The notes: a model not told the origin generated them from the letters alone. A stretch of 64,000 nt of DNA from Eledone cirrhosa (GCA_964016885.1 OZ024740.1:71982001-72046000), one strand, 5' to 3'. Positions 26,230 to 39,263 are shown, counted from the first letter of the stretch. Program-made: numbers and translations.

Positions 26230-27458
26230 GCTAGAAAGGAAGTAGAGGATAGAAAATTCAAGCATATTTTGCAACGTGAGGACCAGAAACAGGAGGTGTT
26301 CAAGATTGCGAGGCAGTGTGTCAGAGATAGTTGTGATGTCATTGGAGAGAAGTGTATCTGGAATGATAAAGGTGAGCTTGCCCTCACAAGTGCTGAGAAG
26401 AAAGATGCGTGGAAGAGCCATTATGAAAGATTACTAAATGAGGAGAATGCATGGGAAGAAGAGGCCCTACCCCAAGTAGACCCTATAGAGGGGCCAGCAG
26501 TACAAGTCAGCAACCGGTCCATCGGGTATAGCTGCCGAGATGCTGAAGACATCTGGGTCGGTAGGTCACACCATAACCACACGTATTGTTAACCAGGTAA
26601 TACTAGAGTGTGTCATACCAAAGGATTGGTACAGCAGCATCATTGTCAACTGCTACAAGGGTAAAGGTGATGCACTAGATAGAGGAAACTATAGAGGTAT
26701 AAAGCTGATGGACCAGGTCATGAAAGTAACGGAAAGAGTTATATCCCAGTTGATTAGGGACCGGGTGAAACTAGATAAGATGCAATTTGGGTTTGTGCCA
26801 GGAAAAGGCACCACTGATGCCCTCTTCCTTGTGAGGCAGTTACAGGAAAAGTACCTAGCTAAAAGTAAGCCGCTCTACCTGGCATTCGTTGATCTGGAGA
26901 AAGCCTTTCACAGAGTCCCTCGTGCTATAATCTGGTGGGCTTTTAGAAAACTAGGAGTAGATGAATGGCTTGTGAAAGCTGTACAAGCCATGTATAGGGG
27001 AGCAGTCAGCAAAGTTAGGATTAGCAATGACTATAGCGAGGAATTTAGCATACATGTCCACCAGGGCTCTGTTCTTAGCCCTCTCCTGTTCATCATAGTT
27101 TTGCAGGCAATAACGAAGGAGTTTAAGACCGGATGCCCATGGGAACTCCTGTATGCTGATGACCTCGCACTTATAGCTGAATCTATGGTAGAACTAGAGA
27201 ACAAATTTCAAACATGGAAGCAGGAACTAGAAAGAAAGGGTCTCAAAGTCAATCTGACAAAGACTAAGGTCCTTGTAAGTAGATGAGAAACCAGAACCCA
27301 GATCTCCTCAGGGAAATGGCCTTGCTTAGTATGTAGGAAAGGTGTAGATAGGAACTCCATCCTCTACCTCAAATACAAACAATGGGTACACAAGAGGTGT
27401 AGTGAGATCTCAGGAAGCTTAACTAAGAATGTAGGCTTCACATGTAGCAACTGCGCTG
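26230..27458 (+). mobile_element. RTE-clade LINE RT fragment (truncated at both ends)
   Basis: NYRGIKL, QFGFVPGKGTTDA, FVDLEKAF, HQGSVLSP and LLYADD motifs. There is an internal deletion near 26512 and a TGA at 27284, followed in frame by a decayed PHD finger. Confidence 0.9.
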
Positions 27459-28205
27459 TTACATGTGAAGCCTACATTCCTTCAGACCAAACTAATATAA
27501 AAATTCCCAACACTAATCCACCCCACCTCCAATCAAAGGTGTTCTAACTTTACCAATACCATCTTGTTTTTCAAAAATAGTTAAACTTACCATAATTTCC
27601 AACAATTTTCAGTTTTCTATTCTAAATGCCTGGCCTTTCATAGCTTAACTTTTAAATTTTAAAGCCAACGCACACAACAAACAAACACAACTAACAGTTT
27701 GTATCTCTAACATCATCATCCCCATCATCATCCTCATCACCATCGTTTTACATTTGTTTTCCCTACTAGTTTATACTAGAAAATACTTAATCATTACGTA
27801 TTTGGATGGTTTCTACAGCTGGGTGTTCTTCTTAATGTCAGCCACTTTAAATAGTGTAATGGATGTATTCTATTGTGGCACCAGCACTAACGCGGTTGAT
27901 ATAACACTGATATAGTTGAAAAGCATCTATTAACCCTTTTGGCATAGATTCTACAGCATAACACCCTTCCTAAACCAAGTTTACAGAGTGTAGTGGGTGC
28001 ATTTTATCATAAAGATGCATTTTAAACCCAGCAAGGCTAAAAATATTCAAAAGTTTTCAATTATTTTTTAACCATATATATTTTTCATTATAATAAAATG
28101 AAAACACATTAAATAATTAAATAATAAAGAAATAAAAAATGAATAAAAATAAAATAAAGAAACTGCAGCTCAAGTTAATATTGAGTTTACAATGCAAGAG
28201 TTATT

Positions 28206-28284
28206 TTACTGTTGATTCATGTACTGGACAGTTTTCTTGAAACCAAATGCTTTCATCATTGAAAATACTTTTTCAACAGAGTTC
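28206..28284 (-). other. Candidate terminal coding exon of an unidentified minus-strand gene
   Basis: Acceptor TTTGTTTACCAG|G, then the open frame NSVEKVFSMMKAFGFKKTVQYMNQQ-TAA, then U-rich sequence. No homology was recognised. Confidence 0.2.
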
Positions 28285-30009
28285 CTGGTAAACAAATAAG
28301 GTGTCTGAGACTAGCAATACTTAAAAATTTACAATGATTAAAAGAATTTGTAAAAAAAATATTATATATATAATAAAACACAAAAAATATTTTAGTAAAT
28401 TTATAAACATCATGTGTTTAGAAGATGACGGGTAGAATTTGAAATCGAATTTGAATAAAAAGATTAGAAGATTTTGCTGTATTTTTCCAGGGGCTCATTT
28501 GTCCTGTTATTAGACTATTTTCTTTAGTAAAAAAATACGTTTTAAAATTCTTATTCATATTTTATCAATTAAAAAATATACTATACCACATGTGGTATTT
28601 AAGAATAAGTATGTGGATATGTGAATAAAAATATTCGCTATCGAGCTAAATAAATATCATCATCATCATCATTATCATCATTTTATGTCTGCTTTCCATG
28701 CCAGCATGGATTGGACAGGTTGTCACAGTTAGAGACTAAACAGGCCTATAGGACCACATTTTGCTGATATGTACCATTTTGGGTTTGATTTCTACCCTTC
28801 CTAACACCAACCACTTTACAGTGTACTGGGTGTATTTTATTGTGGTACTAACTCAATCACTTTACAGAGTGTTTTGGGTTCATTTGATTGTTGCACCAGC
28901 ACTTTCACTTTACAGGGTGTACTGGATGCAATTTCATTGTGGCACTACCATTACCATTTTACAGAGTGTACTGGGTGCATTTTATTGTGGCACCAATGTT
29001 AATATCATACGCACTTAATTACTGATGTTTCAAGAGCAATATGGTAAATTCCTTTCATGAATTTAAAAGCTCGAAATTGCTATGATTTATGTAACACACA
29101 AAAATGTGTAATTTAACGACTATGATAATTTAAATAGTCTACATATTTTATAATCTACCTTCTCAATTTAATTCATTAAATCATTGTAAATAATTTTCAT
29201 CATAAGATACTTCAATTAGCAATTCACTGAAGATTTCCTAAATTTTGCAAAATGCTTTTTATAAGTAAAAATTAAGAATTTAATCTAACATTAGTATATA
29301 TTAAATTATTGCAAGCGTGGAAGATGGACGTTAAACGATGATGATGATGATGATGATTTATAAAATATGTCAAATATGTTATTGATTAAAAAGATATTTT
29401 TTTTATATTTCATTTAAAAAAAGCAATAATATTCACAGAATTTTATATACTTGGCAAATATTTAAATCTATATTAAGTTTGTACATAAAGATTTTGATGC
29501 AGACAAACAAATTAAAAGACTTCATAAAAAATACTTGTTTTTGTCAACATGAAAACAGATAATTGGGTAGATTTTAACATTTCCCATTTGGATTTCTTGG
29601 AGTTTATTCCTTTCCATTAAAAAATAGGACATTCCAGTTTTCCGTTGTTTTATCCATTGTCTTTTTCCTGTGCACCCCCATCCCCATTTTGAATTCATAT
29701 TCTCAAGACTTAGCCATGCAGATTTTATTTGAAACTATCATATAATAGACATCACACTGCCAGGTCTGTCTTCCTCTATTCTCCCTTCTAACCTTTTCCA
29801 TGCCTCAGTGTAATTCTTCTTTGTCTGCAGATTGCACTACAGTCCATATTATTCTTTTCTGTTTTTCTATTTCTCTTATTCCTATATTTTTCATCCTTTG
29901 GCTCAGCACCCCTGCACTGTTCTCTCACTCCTTTATTAGTTGAAGTACTTAGGATACTTTTTCATCTTATTTGTGTAATTTGCTGAAAGGCATAACTTGT
30001 CCTGTCTAG

Positions 30010-30150
30010 GTACCACTTTAGAAGGAGAATCAGAGTGGAGAGAGAGGTACTGCACCCCAGTAAATTTACTGAAAGGTGGATAAATGTAGCAAAAATGGCC
30101 TGAGTGATTGGGCCTTCTCTGTATATAAACCTGTAGGTTGAAGAGAGCAA
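30010..30150 (+). mobile_element. Short diverged Tx1 ORF2 C-terminal fragment
   Basis: Aligns with 23940-24080 (YHFRRRIRVEREVL...ERWINVAKMA). Confidence 0.65.
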
Positions 30151-31708
30151 ACTTGGAGCATAACTTTATGCTCCAAAAACCAAATAAACGATGATGTTTG
30201 TTATACTCTCCAAGTTCTTGATTGTTTTCAAAATTATTTCAGAATCTTAGCCAGTGACTTTCATTAGAAATATAGTAACAAAAAGGTTAAAGTATTTATA
30301 TTTAACTAAAACCCTTCCATCATAATTTTACCTAAGAACTTTTGTTAAGCTATGTTCCAAACACCAACTTAAAATGTACAAGTTAGTTATAATTTATAAC
30401 TAAATCTTTCTCAATATTTTTTTTATTATTTTCAAAATTATTTGAGAATCATAGCTGGTGACTTTTTTTTAGAAATATGGTGGGACCCAGGTTTGCCGAC
30501 CTCCTTATGATGGGCCTTGGAAACTGATTACTGATCTCTGGTGAGGCTCAAGCTTGTCAACCTCCAGATGGTAGGCCCTGGAAACTGATCTTTGATCTCT
30601 GGTAAGGCTCAAGTTTATCAACCTCCTTAGAGTGGGCCTTGGAAACTGATCACTGATCTTAATCAGGTGAATGACAACAACCTGAGACCAACACAAGAAG
30701 ATGACAGAAATATGACAAACATCTTTGGGGGAAGAAGTGCCTGGAAATGCCAATGGAAGGAAGTTGCAGTAGAGGTAGACCAAGAAAGACCTGGACAGAG
30801 TTTGTGAGAGCTGACTTCAAATTACTGAAACTCACAGAGGCAATGACAAAGGTACTTACAATAGATATTTAAAATAGATATAAGCATTTTAAAACAAACA
30901 GCTTTGTATCATAAAATCAGTGACAGTTTCTGACATTTCAGTATCAAAAGTGTTAAAAACAAAATACTGGAACAGAAAGTCTATTTTGAAAATATATCTT
31001 TGAGTTAAAATTAATTAGAAATTGAGGTAACATTAGAAGGGTGAATGAAATATTTCAACTGTGGAATGAAAAGCTTTTTGAATATGTATAAAATGTAGAT
31101 AATTCCTCAATTACGAGGTTAACCTAAATATTTATTTATAAATAGATAAAAACGATGCTCACCTAGGAAGATTGATGTTGGTAAATATGGAGGTGGGAGC
31201 AAAATTTATGAAAGAGGATGCTTTGTTGGTTTTTTTCAATACACACACATACACATGCATATATATATATAACGAAAGAAGTGTGGTAGGGAACCAGGCG
31301 GACCATAACACACCAGAGTACTCGATACTATGGGTAGTAGAGTGGGTAATAGGAAAAGAGTCATGACCCCAACGGCTGAGCTCTGGGCTGTTTCGACAGC
31401 TAATTCTGAACTACCGAAATATTGTTAGCACAGCAGTAGTCTGGCTGAACTTATGAAGGGGTAATTCCATATATGGGCATGCACTCCTGTCAAGGAGTTC
31501 TCAAATTTGTTTTTATCAGGGGATGGGCAAAGTTTTTGTAAACACAGTTAAGTTCCTTCATAGAGGCGGGGGGGGGGGGGGGGGGGGGGGCTGAACTTGC
31601 CTGTAGAACAGAGGGAGGGAGTAATATGACAATCTGACCTGTGGATGTAAACCTGTAACACTTATAAAGTATAAGTGTTACAGGTTTACATCCACAGTAT
31701 ATAAAGTA

Positions 31709-32077
31709 CAGAGTGAGTCAAAATTATGTTAACACTAGTATGGGAGAAATCATTTATTCAGAATTTACTGAACAGTCTCAATCTGGTCACCAGCATGATC
31801 AATACACAAAAACCAGCGATCAACAGTACAGTTTAGTGCCTGGACACACATTTCGCGGGGAATACTTGATATGACACCTTGTATTCTGTCCTTGAGTTCA
31901 TCGATGTCTCTAACTTTTTTGCTATACACGTGCTCCTTTACCATGCCCCATAACCAGAAGTCACAGGGTGTCAGATTAGAGGAGTGTGCAGGCCATGCCA
32001 ATGGTCCACTGTGACCTATCCAACGATTTGGAAATATTTGATCGAGAAAAGTGTTAACATAATTTTGACTCACCCTG
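31709..32077 (-). mobile_element. Tc1/mariner internal-deletion derivative
   Basis: 28-bp TIRs CAG(A/G)GTGAGTCAAAATTATGTTAACACT flanked by TA. The internal transposase C-terminus FPNRWIG..WPAHSSNLTPCDFWLWG matches the WPPRSPDLTPCDFFLWG motif. Confidence 0.9.
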
Positions 32078-32087
32078 TATATAAAGT

Positions 32088-32130
32088 ATTACCGGTTTCG
32101 ATGTATTACTAAAATTCATCTCATCAAATG
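32088..32130 (-). ncRNA. Degenerate hammerhead motif
   Basis: TTGATGA-GATG...CATC-GAAACCGGTA. C3 is replaced by U; stem III is the palindrome ACCGGT. Confidence 0.4.
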
Positions 32131-32867
32131 TTGAGTATTACAATTAAAAAGAATTAATAGGAATTAAAAACTAAAAATGAAAGATTTAAAATTAAGTGTT
32201 GGAGTAAGTTTTTCCCCCCCCCGTCTTCCTTGCTCAGAAGTAGACTGGAGAATGAATTCTTGTGTAGTCATGATAGTAGCAGTAGTGTTGGTAGTTGTGT
32301 CTCTCCACAGAACAAAATTGTTTTTGGGGGGAAAAGGAAATATTCTGTAAATATGTGTGTGTATACCTGATTGTGTTAATTGACTGGTCAAGAGTTCAAA
32401 TGGGGATGGGATATTGTAAGCTAGAGACAAATTCTATGGTAGCAGTAGGATTGTAAAAGAAATTCTATTATTGGAATATGGTTTTAGGGAGTGTGTGTAG
32501 AGTGTGTTTTTCAGCCTGTCTGTCACAGGTCTCTTTGTGGTGAGAAATTAAAAAAAATTTTCTTCAGAACTTCAAAAAAAAAACAGAGCAGAATATCAGT
32601 AGTGGCTTTCAAACAGGAACTTCTGGAATGAGTAATTTTTTCTCTTTTATTTTGTGGTGTGTGTGTGTATATAACAATACACACACGTGTGTGGAGGGGT
32701 TGTGGTGTGTGTGTGTGTGTGTGTGTGTGTTTCAGCCTGTCTGTCACAGGTCCCTTTGTGCTGGGAAATTTTTAAAATTTTTCTTCAAAATAAAAAAAAA
32801 TCTTCAAAATTAAAAAAAAAAACCAGAGCAGAGTATCAGTAGTGGCTCTCAAATTTGTTAATAAATA

Positions 32868-33048
32868 ATTGTTTCTACTTTTGACACAAGACCAGCAATT
32901 ACTCCAGTGTATTACTGGTACTTTATTTTATCGACCCCGTAAGGATGAAAGGCAAAGTTAACCTCGGCGGGATTTGAACTCAGACCATAAAGGGGCGTAA
33001 CTCTATACTGGAAGGCATGGCGTCTGACCCTCTACCGATACTGCCAAT
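32868..33048 (-). mobile_element. tRNA-derived SINE family A
   Basis: A box TGGCAGTATCGG, B box, central domain and ATT tail, flanked by the direct repeat AATAAATAAT. Confidence 0.85.
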
Positions 33049-33149
33049 AAATAATGTTCAATAATGTCACTTTGAGGAATCAAAGAAAGGAAAAAAAAGA
33101 AAAACAGACCCTAAAATATATTTTCCATGCTATTTCCAACTTCACCTTT

Positions 33150-33219
<70 letters not shown>

Positions 33220-33224
33220 TCAAT

Positions 33225-33630
33225 ACATAAACAGAGAAAGCCTTAAGCAATACTCCGACCAACTCCATCTCACTCAACAAACATTAAGATATACTTAAGT
33301 ATTATCCCAATTTAGTGTTTGGGGTGCTAACTAATCAGTATTTCGTGGATAGTTGGTTGTATTATTTTATATGAGACATTATTAAATAAATATCTCTTTC
33401 CTTCCAGACGGCCGTTTTGTTATAAGATTTATACAATTTGGATAAATAATTTCCAGGTTATGTAGAAACTTGTATATAATCCATAGTTTTATACACAAGA
33501 GGGCTCTTATAAACTCATCAGTGGATGCCCAATTAATATCGATATAAGAATTATATCGACATTAATAGAATGGTGATGGTCTCCCTCAATGCTAAGAAGA
33601 GACTGGTAGATTAGAATCCAGCAGTCCTCC
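33225..33630. repeat. Dispersed repeat (second copy at about 37350-37770)
   Basis: Both copies share CCATCTCACTCAACAAACATTA...GTGTTTGGGGTGCTAACTA in the same orientation, and both start after (TA)n. Confidence 0.7.
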
Positions 33631-33727
33631 TTTCGATTGCAAGCCCAATGTTCTAACCACTAAGCCATGCGTCTTCACTATATATATATATATATATATA
33701 CACATACATACATACATACATACATAC

Positions 33728-34324
33728 ATGGTGGCTGCCAACTCGTTTTCGAGTACGGCCACTACTTTATATCCATATAGGAGAACCCCTACCGATGCGC
33801 TGAACGAGTGTGACTTTTTAGTCCAGCCAGCGACTTGAAAACTCTGGTACAAACACTACACTTGTGACAATTATTGACACATAGTGCTGGGCCCATGGTA
33901 CCATGTGACGACAAGTGCTGAGAGATCTCCAGATATAAAGCAATGCCTGTGCCGTGAAGCTTTTATAGTGAGCAAAGGCACTGCACAAAGCCAGTCCCAC
34001 TCTCTTAACCAAGATGATATTTACCAAAAAGAAGAACAAGTCAACATCATTAGATACCATCAGGGTTGCAGGTGTTATATCAGAGTTTTCCTTCTCCTAG
34101 AATTCTGCCTTGACAAAGGCTAAGGGGTCATCTCTCCCGGTGATTTTGGATGGCCATTGACTCTTAAGAGTTCCTTTGCCCTTTGACAGGTTTTGTTTTT
34201 AGTCCTGCAGGATGTCCAAAGTCACCCTCCTCACCAAGAAACCTTGTTGGGGTTGCCAGTTTAGTCGCCAACGACCCGACCATGAGACAGGTTTACTGGG
34301 ATACATGTTACCAGTAGCACCAAC
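33728..34324 (-). mobile_element. About 600-bp non-autonomous RTE-derived retroposon
   Basis: Contains the RTE 5'-UTR-like motif CTAGGAGAAGGAAAACTCTGATATAA and an (ATGT)n tail. Near-identical copies lie at 43084-43665 and 56842-57216. Confidence 0.7.
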
Positions 34325-34379
34325 ATACATACATACATACATATATATATATATGTATACACATATACACATATATATA

Positions 34380-34647
34380 TCATCATCATCATCATCATCA
34401 TCGTTTAACGTCCATGTTCCACGCTTGCATGGGTTTGGACGGGAGTTTTCCCACTTGAGGCAAGAGTGGTTGTCTTGCTCGCATAGGACTGTCTGGCGGG
34501 TTTTCTACAGCTGGATGCCCTTCCTAACACCAACCACATTTACAGTGTGGGGCTGGGAGGTTTTTACCGTGTTGCCTACACGGCCACATTACAGCGTGGA
34601 CTGTGTGTTTTTTTGTCGTGACACCTACACGATCTCATTTGTTTCGA
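34380..34647 (-). mobile_element. RTE subfamily 3' UTR fragment with (GAT)n tail
   Basis: Near-identical to 39480-39755 (+), 48577-48826 (+) and 63810-64000 (+). Confidence 0.8.
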
Positions 34648-34653
34648 TATATA

Positions 34654-37285
34654 TCATCATCATCATCATCATCATCATCACCGTTTTACGTCCGTTCTTC
34701 CACGCTAGCATGGGTTAGACGGGTTGTCCTGTTGTGGGCAGTGTCTGGTCGGCTGACCATGCCTTGCTCATACAGGAACTGATCTGGCTTGATTTCTACA
34801 GCTGGATGCCCTTCCTAACACCAACCTCATTTACAGTGAGTGCTGGGTGCTTTTTCGTGGTGCCTACACGTCCACTTTACAGTGTGGGCTGGGTGCTTAT
34901 TTGCTGTGGCACCTCCACGACCACCTTGTGGTGGGGGGCGTGGGGGCATATTGTTTATATGCTTCAGCTTGTACCCATGGGAGGTCGGGTACTCTGTATT
35001 ACTGCGTGACGCCAGAAGTCACGGTTGTGTGTCATTGTCTTTGAAAGGTGTAATTGGGTAAGGTCGGCTTTTATCACCTCATCCCAGGTCATCTTGGGTC
35101 TCCCCACTCCGCGGTTTCCATAAACTTCTAGTGCTCTGCACCTTTTTATGCAGCTGTCATCCTTCATACGCATCACATGTCCATACCAGCGCAACCGCCT
35201 CTCCTGCACACAGCATTTGATTCCTCTTATGCTCAGTCTCTCTCTCAATTCATTTATGCTTTGTCGTTCACGTATATTACTGTTACACATCCATCGGAGC
35301 ATGCAGGCTTCGTTTCTCTCTAATCTACGTAAGTCTTCCACCTTCAGCGCCCAGGTCTCACTACCATGCAACATCGCTGTTCGGATACACGCATCATACA
35401 GTCTGCCTTTCATTCTGAGGGAGAAGCCTTTTGCAGCTAGCAGTGGTAGTAGTTCCCTAAACTTCTTCCATCCCATTCTTACCCTAGTTATTGTACTTTC
35501 TGAACACCCACCTCCGGTGCTAATTCGGTCACCTAGGTAGCAGAAGCTGTCTACTGTTTCTACAGGGCCCTCCCAGAGATTGGTGGTACTTGTTTCCTGT
35601 GGCTGTTTGCTGCTGGCTGTTTCAGCACAGCTGCTGCATGTGAATCCTACATTCTTAATTAAGCTTCCTGAGATCCCGCTACATCTCTTGTGTACCCATT
35701 GTTTACATTTGGCGCAGAGAATGGAGTTCCTACCTACACCTTTCCTACATACTGAGCAAGGCCATGTCCCTGAGGGGATCTGGGTTCTGTTTTCTCATCT
35801 ACTTACAAGGATCTTAGTCTTTGTCATGTTGACTTTGAGACCCTTTCTTTCTAGTCCCTGCTTCCAAGTTTGGAATTTCTTCTCTAGTTCTACCATAGAT
35901 TCAGCTATAAGTGCGAGGTCATCAGCATACAGGAGTTCCCATGGGCATCCGGTTTTAAACTCCTCCGTTATTGCCTGCAGGACTATGATGAACAGGAGAG
36001 GGCTAAGAACAGAGCCCTGGTGGACCCCAACCTGTACGCTAAATTCCTCGCTATACTCATTGCTAATCCTAACTTTGCTGACTGCTCCCCTATACATGGC
36101 TTGTACCGCTTTCACAAGCCATTCATCTACTCTTAGTTTTCTAAGAGCCCACCAGATTACAACACGTGGAACTCTGTCAAAGGCTTTCTCAAGGTCGACA
36201 AATGCCAAGTAGAGTGGCTTACTTTTAGCTAGGTACTTTTCCTGTAATTGCCTCACAAGGAAGAGGGCATCAGTGGTGCCTCTTCCTGGTACAAACCCAA
36301 ATTGCATCTCGTCTATTTTCACCCGGTCCCTAATCAGCTGTGCTATAACTCTTTCTGTTACTTTCATGACCTGGTCCATCAACTTTATACCTCTATAGTT
36401 TCCTCTATCTAGTGCATCGCCTTTACCTTTGTAGCAGTTGACAATGATGCTACTGCACCAATCTTTTGGTATGGCCCCTTCTAGTATTACCTGGTTAACG
36501 ATACGTGTGGTTATAGTGTGACCTACAGACCCAGATGCCTTCAGCATCTCGGCAGCTATACCCGATGGACCGGTTGCCTTCCCCATCTTCATATCTTTGA
36601 TTGCCTTACTTACTACGCTGCTGCTGACTTGTACTGCTGGTCCCTCTATAGGGTCTACTTGGGGTAGGGTCTCTTCTTCCCATGCATTCTCCTCATTTAG
36701 TAATCTATCATAATGACTCTTCCATGCATCTTTCTTCTCAGCACTTGTGAGGGCAAGCTCACCTTTATCATTCCGGATACACTTCTCTCCAATGACATCA
36801 CAACTATCTCTGACACACTGCCTCGCAATCTTGAATACCTCCTGTTTCTGGTCCTCACGTTGTAAAACATGCTTGAATTTTCTATCCTCTGCTTCCCTCA
36901 TAGCTAAGTATACTTGTCGCCTAGCTTCCCTCTTGGTCTCTATGTAATGTACCCTGCTCCCCCCGTTCTTCCATTCTTTCCATGCCTGTCTCTTGGCCTT
37001 AACTGCTTCATCTACCTTATTGTTCCACCACCAAGTCACTCTCCTCCTGCTTGAGGTCTTACTCCAGCCACAGACCTCATCCGTCGCCTCTAGTAAATTA
37101 TTTTTTAGGAACTCCCAGTTCTCTTCTACGTTAAATGTCTCTATCTGTTCTTCTTTACTGTCGTAGGCGTTGAGTAAAATATCTTTAAATCTGTTACTGG
37201 TTGAGGGGACTTTCAGCTTCCAGATCTTTCTTCTCCAGGTTGGCCTCTGATTCCGGGTTCGTCTAGTTCTGACCGTGAGGTCGCT

Positions 37286-37289
<4 letters not shown>
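34654..37289 (-). mobile_element. RTE-clade LINE, 5' truncated (RT with embedded PHD finger, C-terminus, 3' UTR, (GAT)n tail)
   Basis: A single reading frame from 37289 to 34964, interrupted only by TGA at 35795-35797. Carries the RT motifs, a C4HC3 finger at 35627-35764, FCYLGD, HGSETW and RRLRWYGHVMR. Confidence 0.95.
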
Positions 37290-37349
<60 letters not shown>

Positions 37350-37934
37350 ATACAATAAAAGAGATAGCTTAAAGCTAAACTCCGACTGGTAACCATCTCA
37401 CTCAACAAACATTAGGTTATATGTTAGTATAAACCCAATTTAAGTGTTTGGGGTGCTAACTATATGTATTTTGTGGAAAAACCAGTTGTATTATTTTATG
37501 AGATATAATTAAAGTTAAAGTATATCTCTCTTTCCAAACAATTGTTTCATTATAAGTTTTCTACAAGTTGGGGGAATGTTTCCAGTTTATGTAGAAGCCT
37601 AATATATATTCGTGTAAGAATATATTTAGGTGGGCACTTATAAATCTTCAGTGGAAGCCCATTAAACTTTGATATAAGAAAAAATTCTTACCGCATTTAA
37701 AAATCGTGTCTGCTAAGCCGCTCCTTCACACATCGAATGACCGCCAAATTTGAAATTCCAGCAGTCTTTTGACTGAGGAAGTATCGTAGCGTCACGAAGC
37801 GGGAAAGGGAGACAACCATGATTCACGAGAAAAGAAAATAATATACACGTGGGTTAATTAGTTTTTTCAAAAACATTATCAATCCAACGTGTTAAGAACT
37901 CAATTGAAATTAAAAAAATAAATGTATATATATA

Positions 37935-38306
37935 GTGAAGACGCATGGCTTAGTGGTTAGAGCATTGGGCTTGCAATCGAAAGGTTGTGAGTTCAATTCT
38001 TGGACCGGGTGACTTTATTTCACATTGCTCCAGTTTACTCAGCTGTAGAAATGAGATGATAGGACTGGGGTCCCTATCATTCCACTGCAAAGTAGTCGTG
38101 GAGGTGCCACGGCAAAAAAGCACTGTAAACTAGACATGTAGGCACCACGGTAAAAAAGCACCCAGCACTCACTGTAAATGAGGTTGGTGTTAGGAAGGGC
38201 CTCCAGTTGTAGAAATCAAGCAAGATTCAGTTCCCGTATGAACAAGACAACCCGTTTAACTCATGCTAATGTGGAAGAACGGATGTAAAACGGTAATGAT
38301 GATGAT
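37935..38306 (+). mobile_element. tRNA-derived SINE family B (CORE-like centre, RTE-derived 3' tail)
   Basis: A box TGGCTTAGTGG, B box GAGTTCAATTC, central ACTTTATTTCACATTGCTCCAGTTTACTCAGCTG and an RTE 3' UTR tail ending (GAT)n. Confidence 0.8.
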
Positions 38307-38325
38307 ATATATATATATATATAAA

Positions 38326-39263
38326 ACAGAGGAGTTTAAGACTGGTTGTCCATGGAAACTGTTTTATGTGGATGACCTGGTCGTTATAACTGAATCCATA
38401 AAAGAGCTAGAGAATATGTTGTGACTATGGAAACAGAATTTGGAATCAAAAGGGACAAAATTAAATTGCAAGTAAGTAGGAAAAAAAATAGAACTCTGAT
38501 TCCCACAGGGAAGTGGTCGTGCTCAACATGTAGCAAAGGAGTAGGCATAAACTCTATACGATATACTTAATGTAAACCTTGGGTACACAAGAGATGTAGT
38601 AAGATAACAGTAGATTAACAGGAAGGAAAGACTTTGTATGCAGAAGATACACAGGGTAATCAACAGGAAGAGCGTCAGTGATATAAACCTTTTCCAGTCA
38701 CATAAAGGACCTATAGCTTCTGCTATCTAGGTGACCTAAATAGCAGCAGAGGAGGGTGCTTTAAGAGCATAATAGCTTGAATAAGGATAGGTTGGAAAAA
38801 GGTTAGACAGCTACTCCCTATGTAAAAAAGGATGGCTGTATGATGTCTGTGTGTGAAGTGCAATACTGCATTGTAGTGCAACATAGGCAGTGACTGCAGA
38901 GAACATGCGTAGGTTGGAGGGAAATGAAGTAACTATACTTTGTAGGATGTGCAATGTAAATGTGAGAGAAAGGCAGAGTTTGGATGAACTGAGGGAGAAA
39001 CTGGGTTTAAGAGAAGACTGTATTGGTACAGACATGTGATGCACATGGATGATGATCACTGGGTTAAGAAGTTCCAGGAAATCCCAGTAGAAAGAAGCTG
39101 CAGTAGAGGTAGACCAAGGAAGGCCTGGTATGAACTGATCTCAAATTGCTGGGACTCACAGAGGAAATGACAAAGGAATGTGATGAGTGGAGAGATGCTG
39201 AAAAGGACCTATCCAACCCATGGAAGCATGGAAAAACAGACATAAAAACAATGATGATGATGA
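38326..39263 (+). mobile_element. Older decayed RTE LINE 3' half
   Basis: EEFKTGCPWKLFYVDD, a PHD remnant, FCYLGD and a (GAT)n tail, with many stops. Confidence 0.8.

Noticed and set aside
31568-31590. Poly-G run as a functional G-quadruplex
   Set aside because: A homopolymer inside a repeat-like region, with no evidence of function and an error-prone length.
37290-37408. N-terminus of the 537-aa RTE ORF (MLSEMV...YIYIYI)
   Set aside because: This is read-through into flanking (TA)n and an unrelated repeat; the element is 5' truncated at about 37289.
37935-38010. tRNA gene
   Set aside because: A and B boxes are present but there is no full cloverleaf or terminator. The sequence continues into a SINE body, so it is a SINE head.
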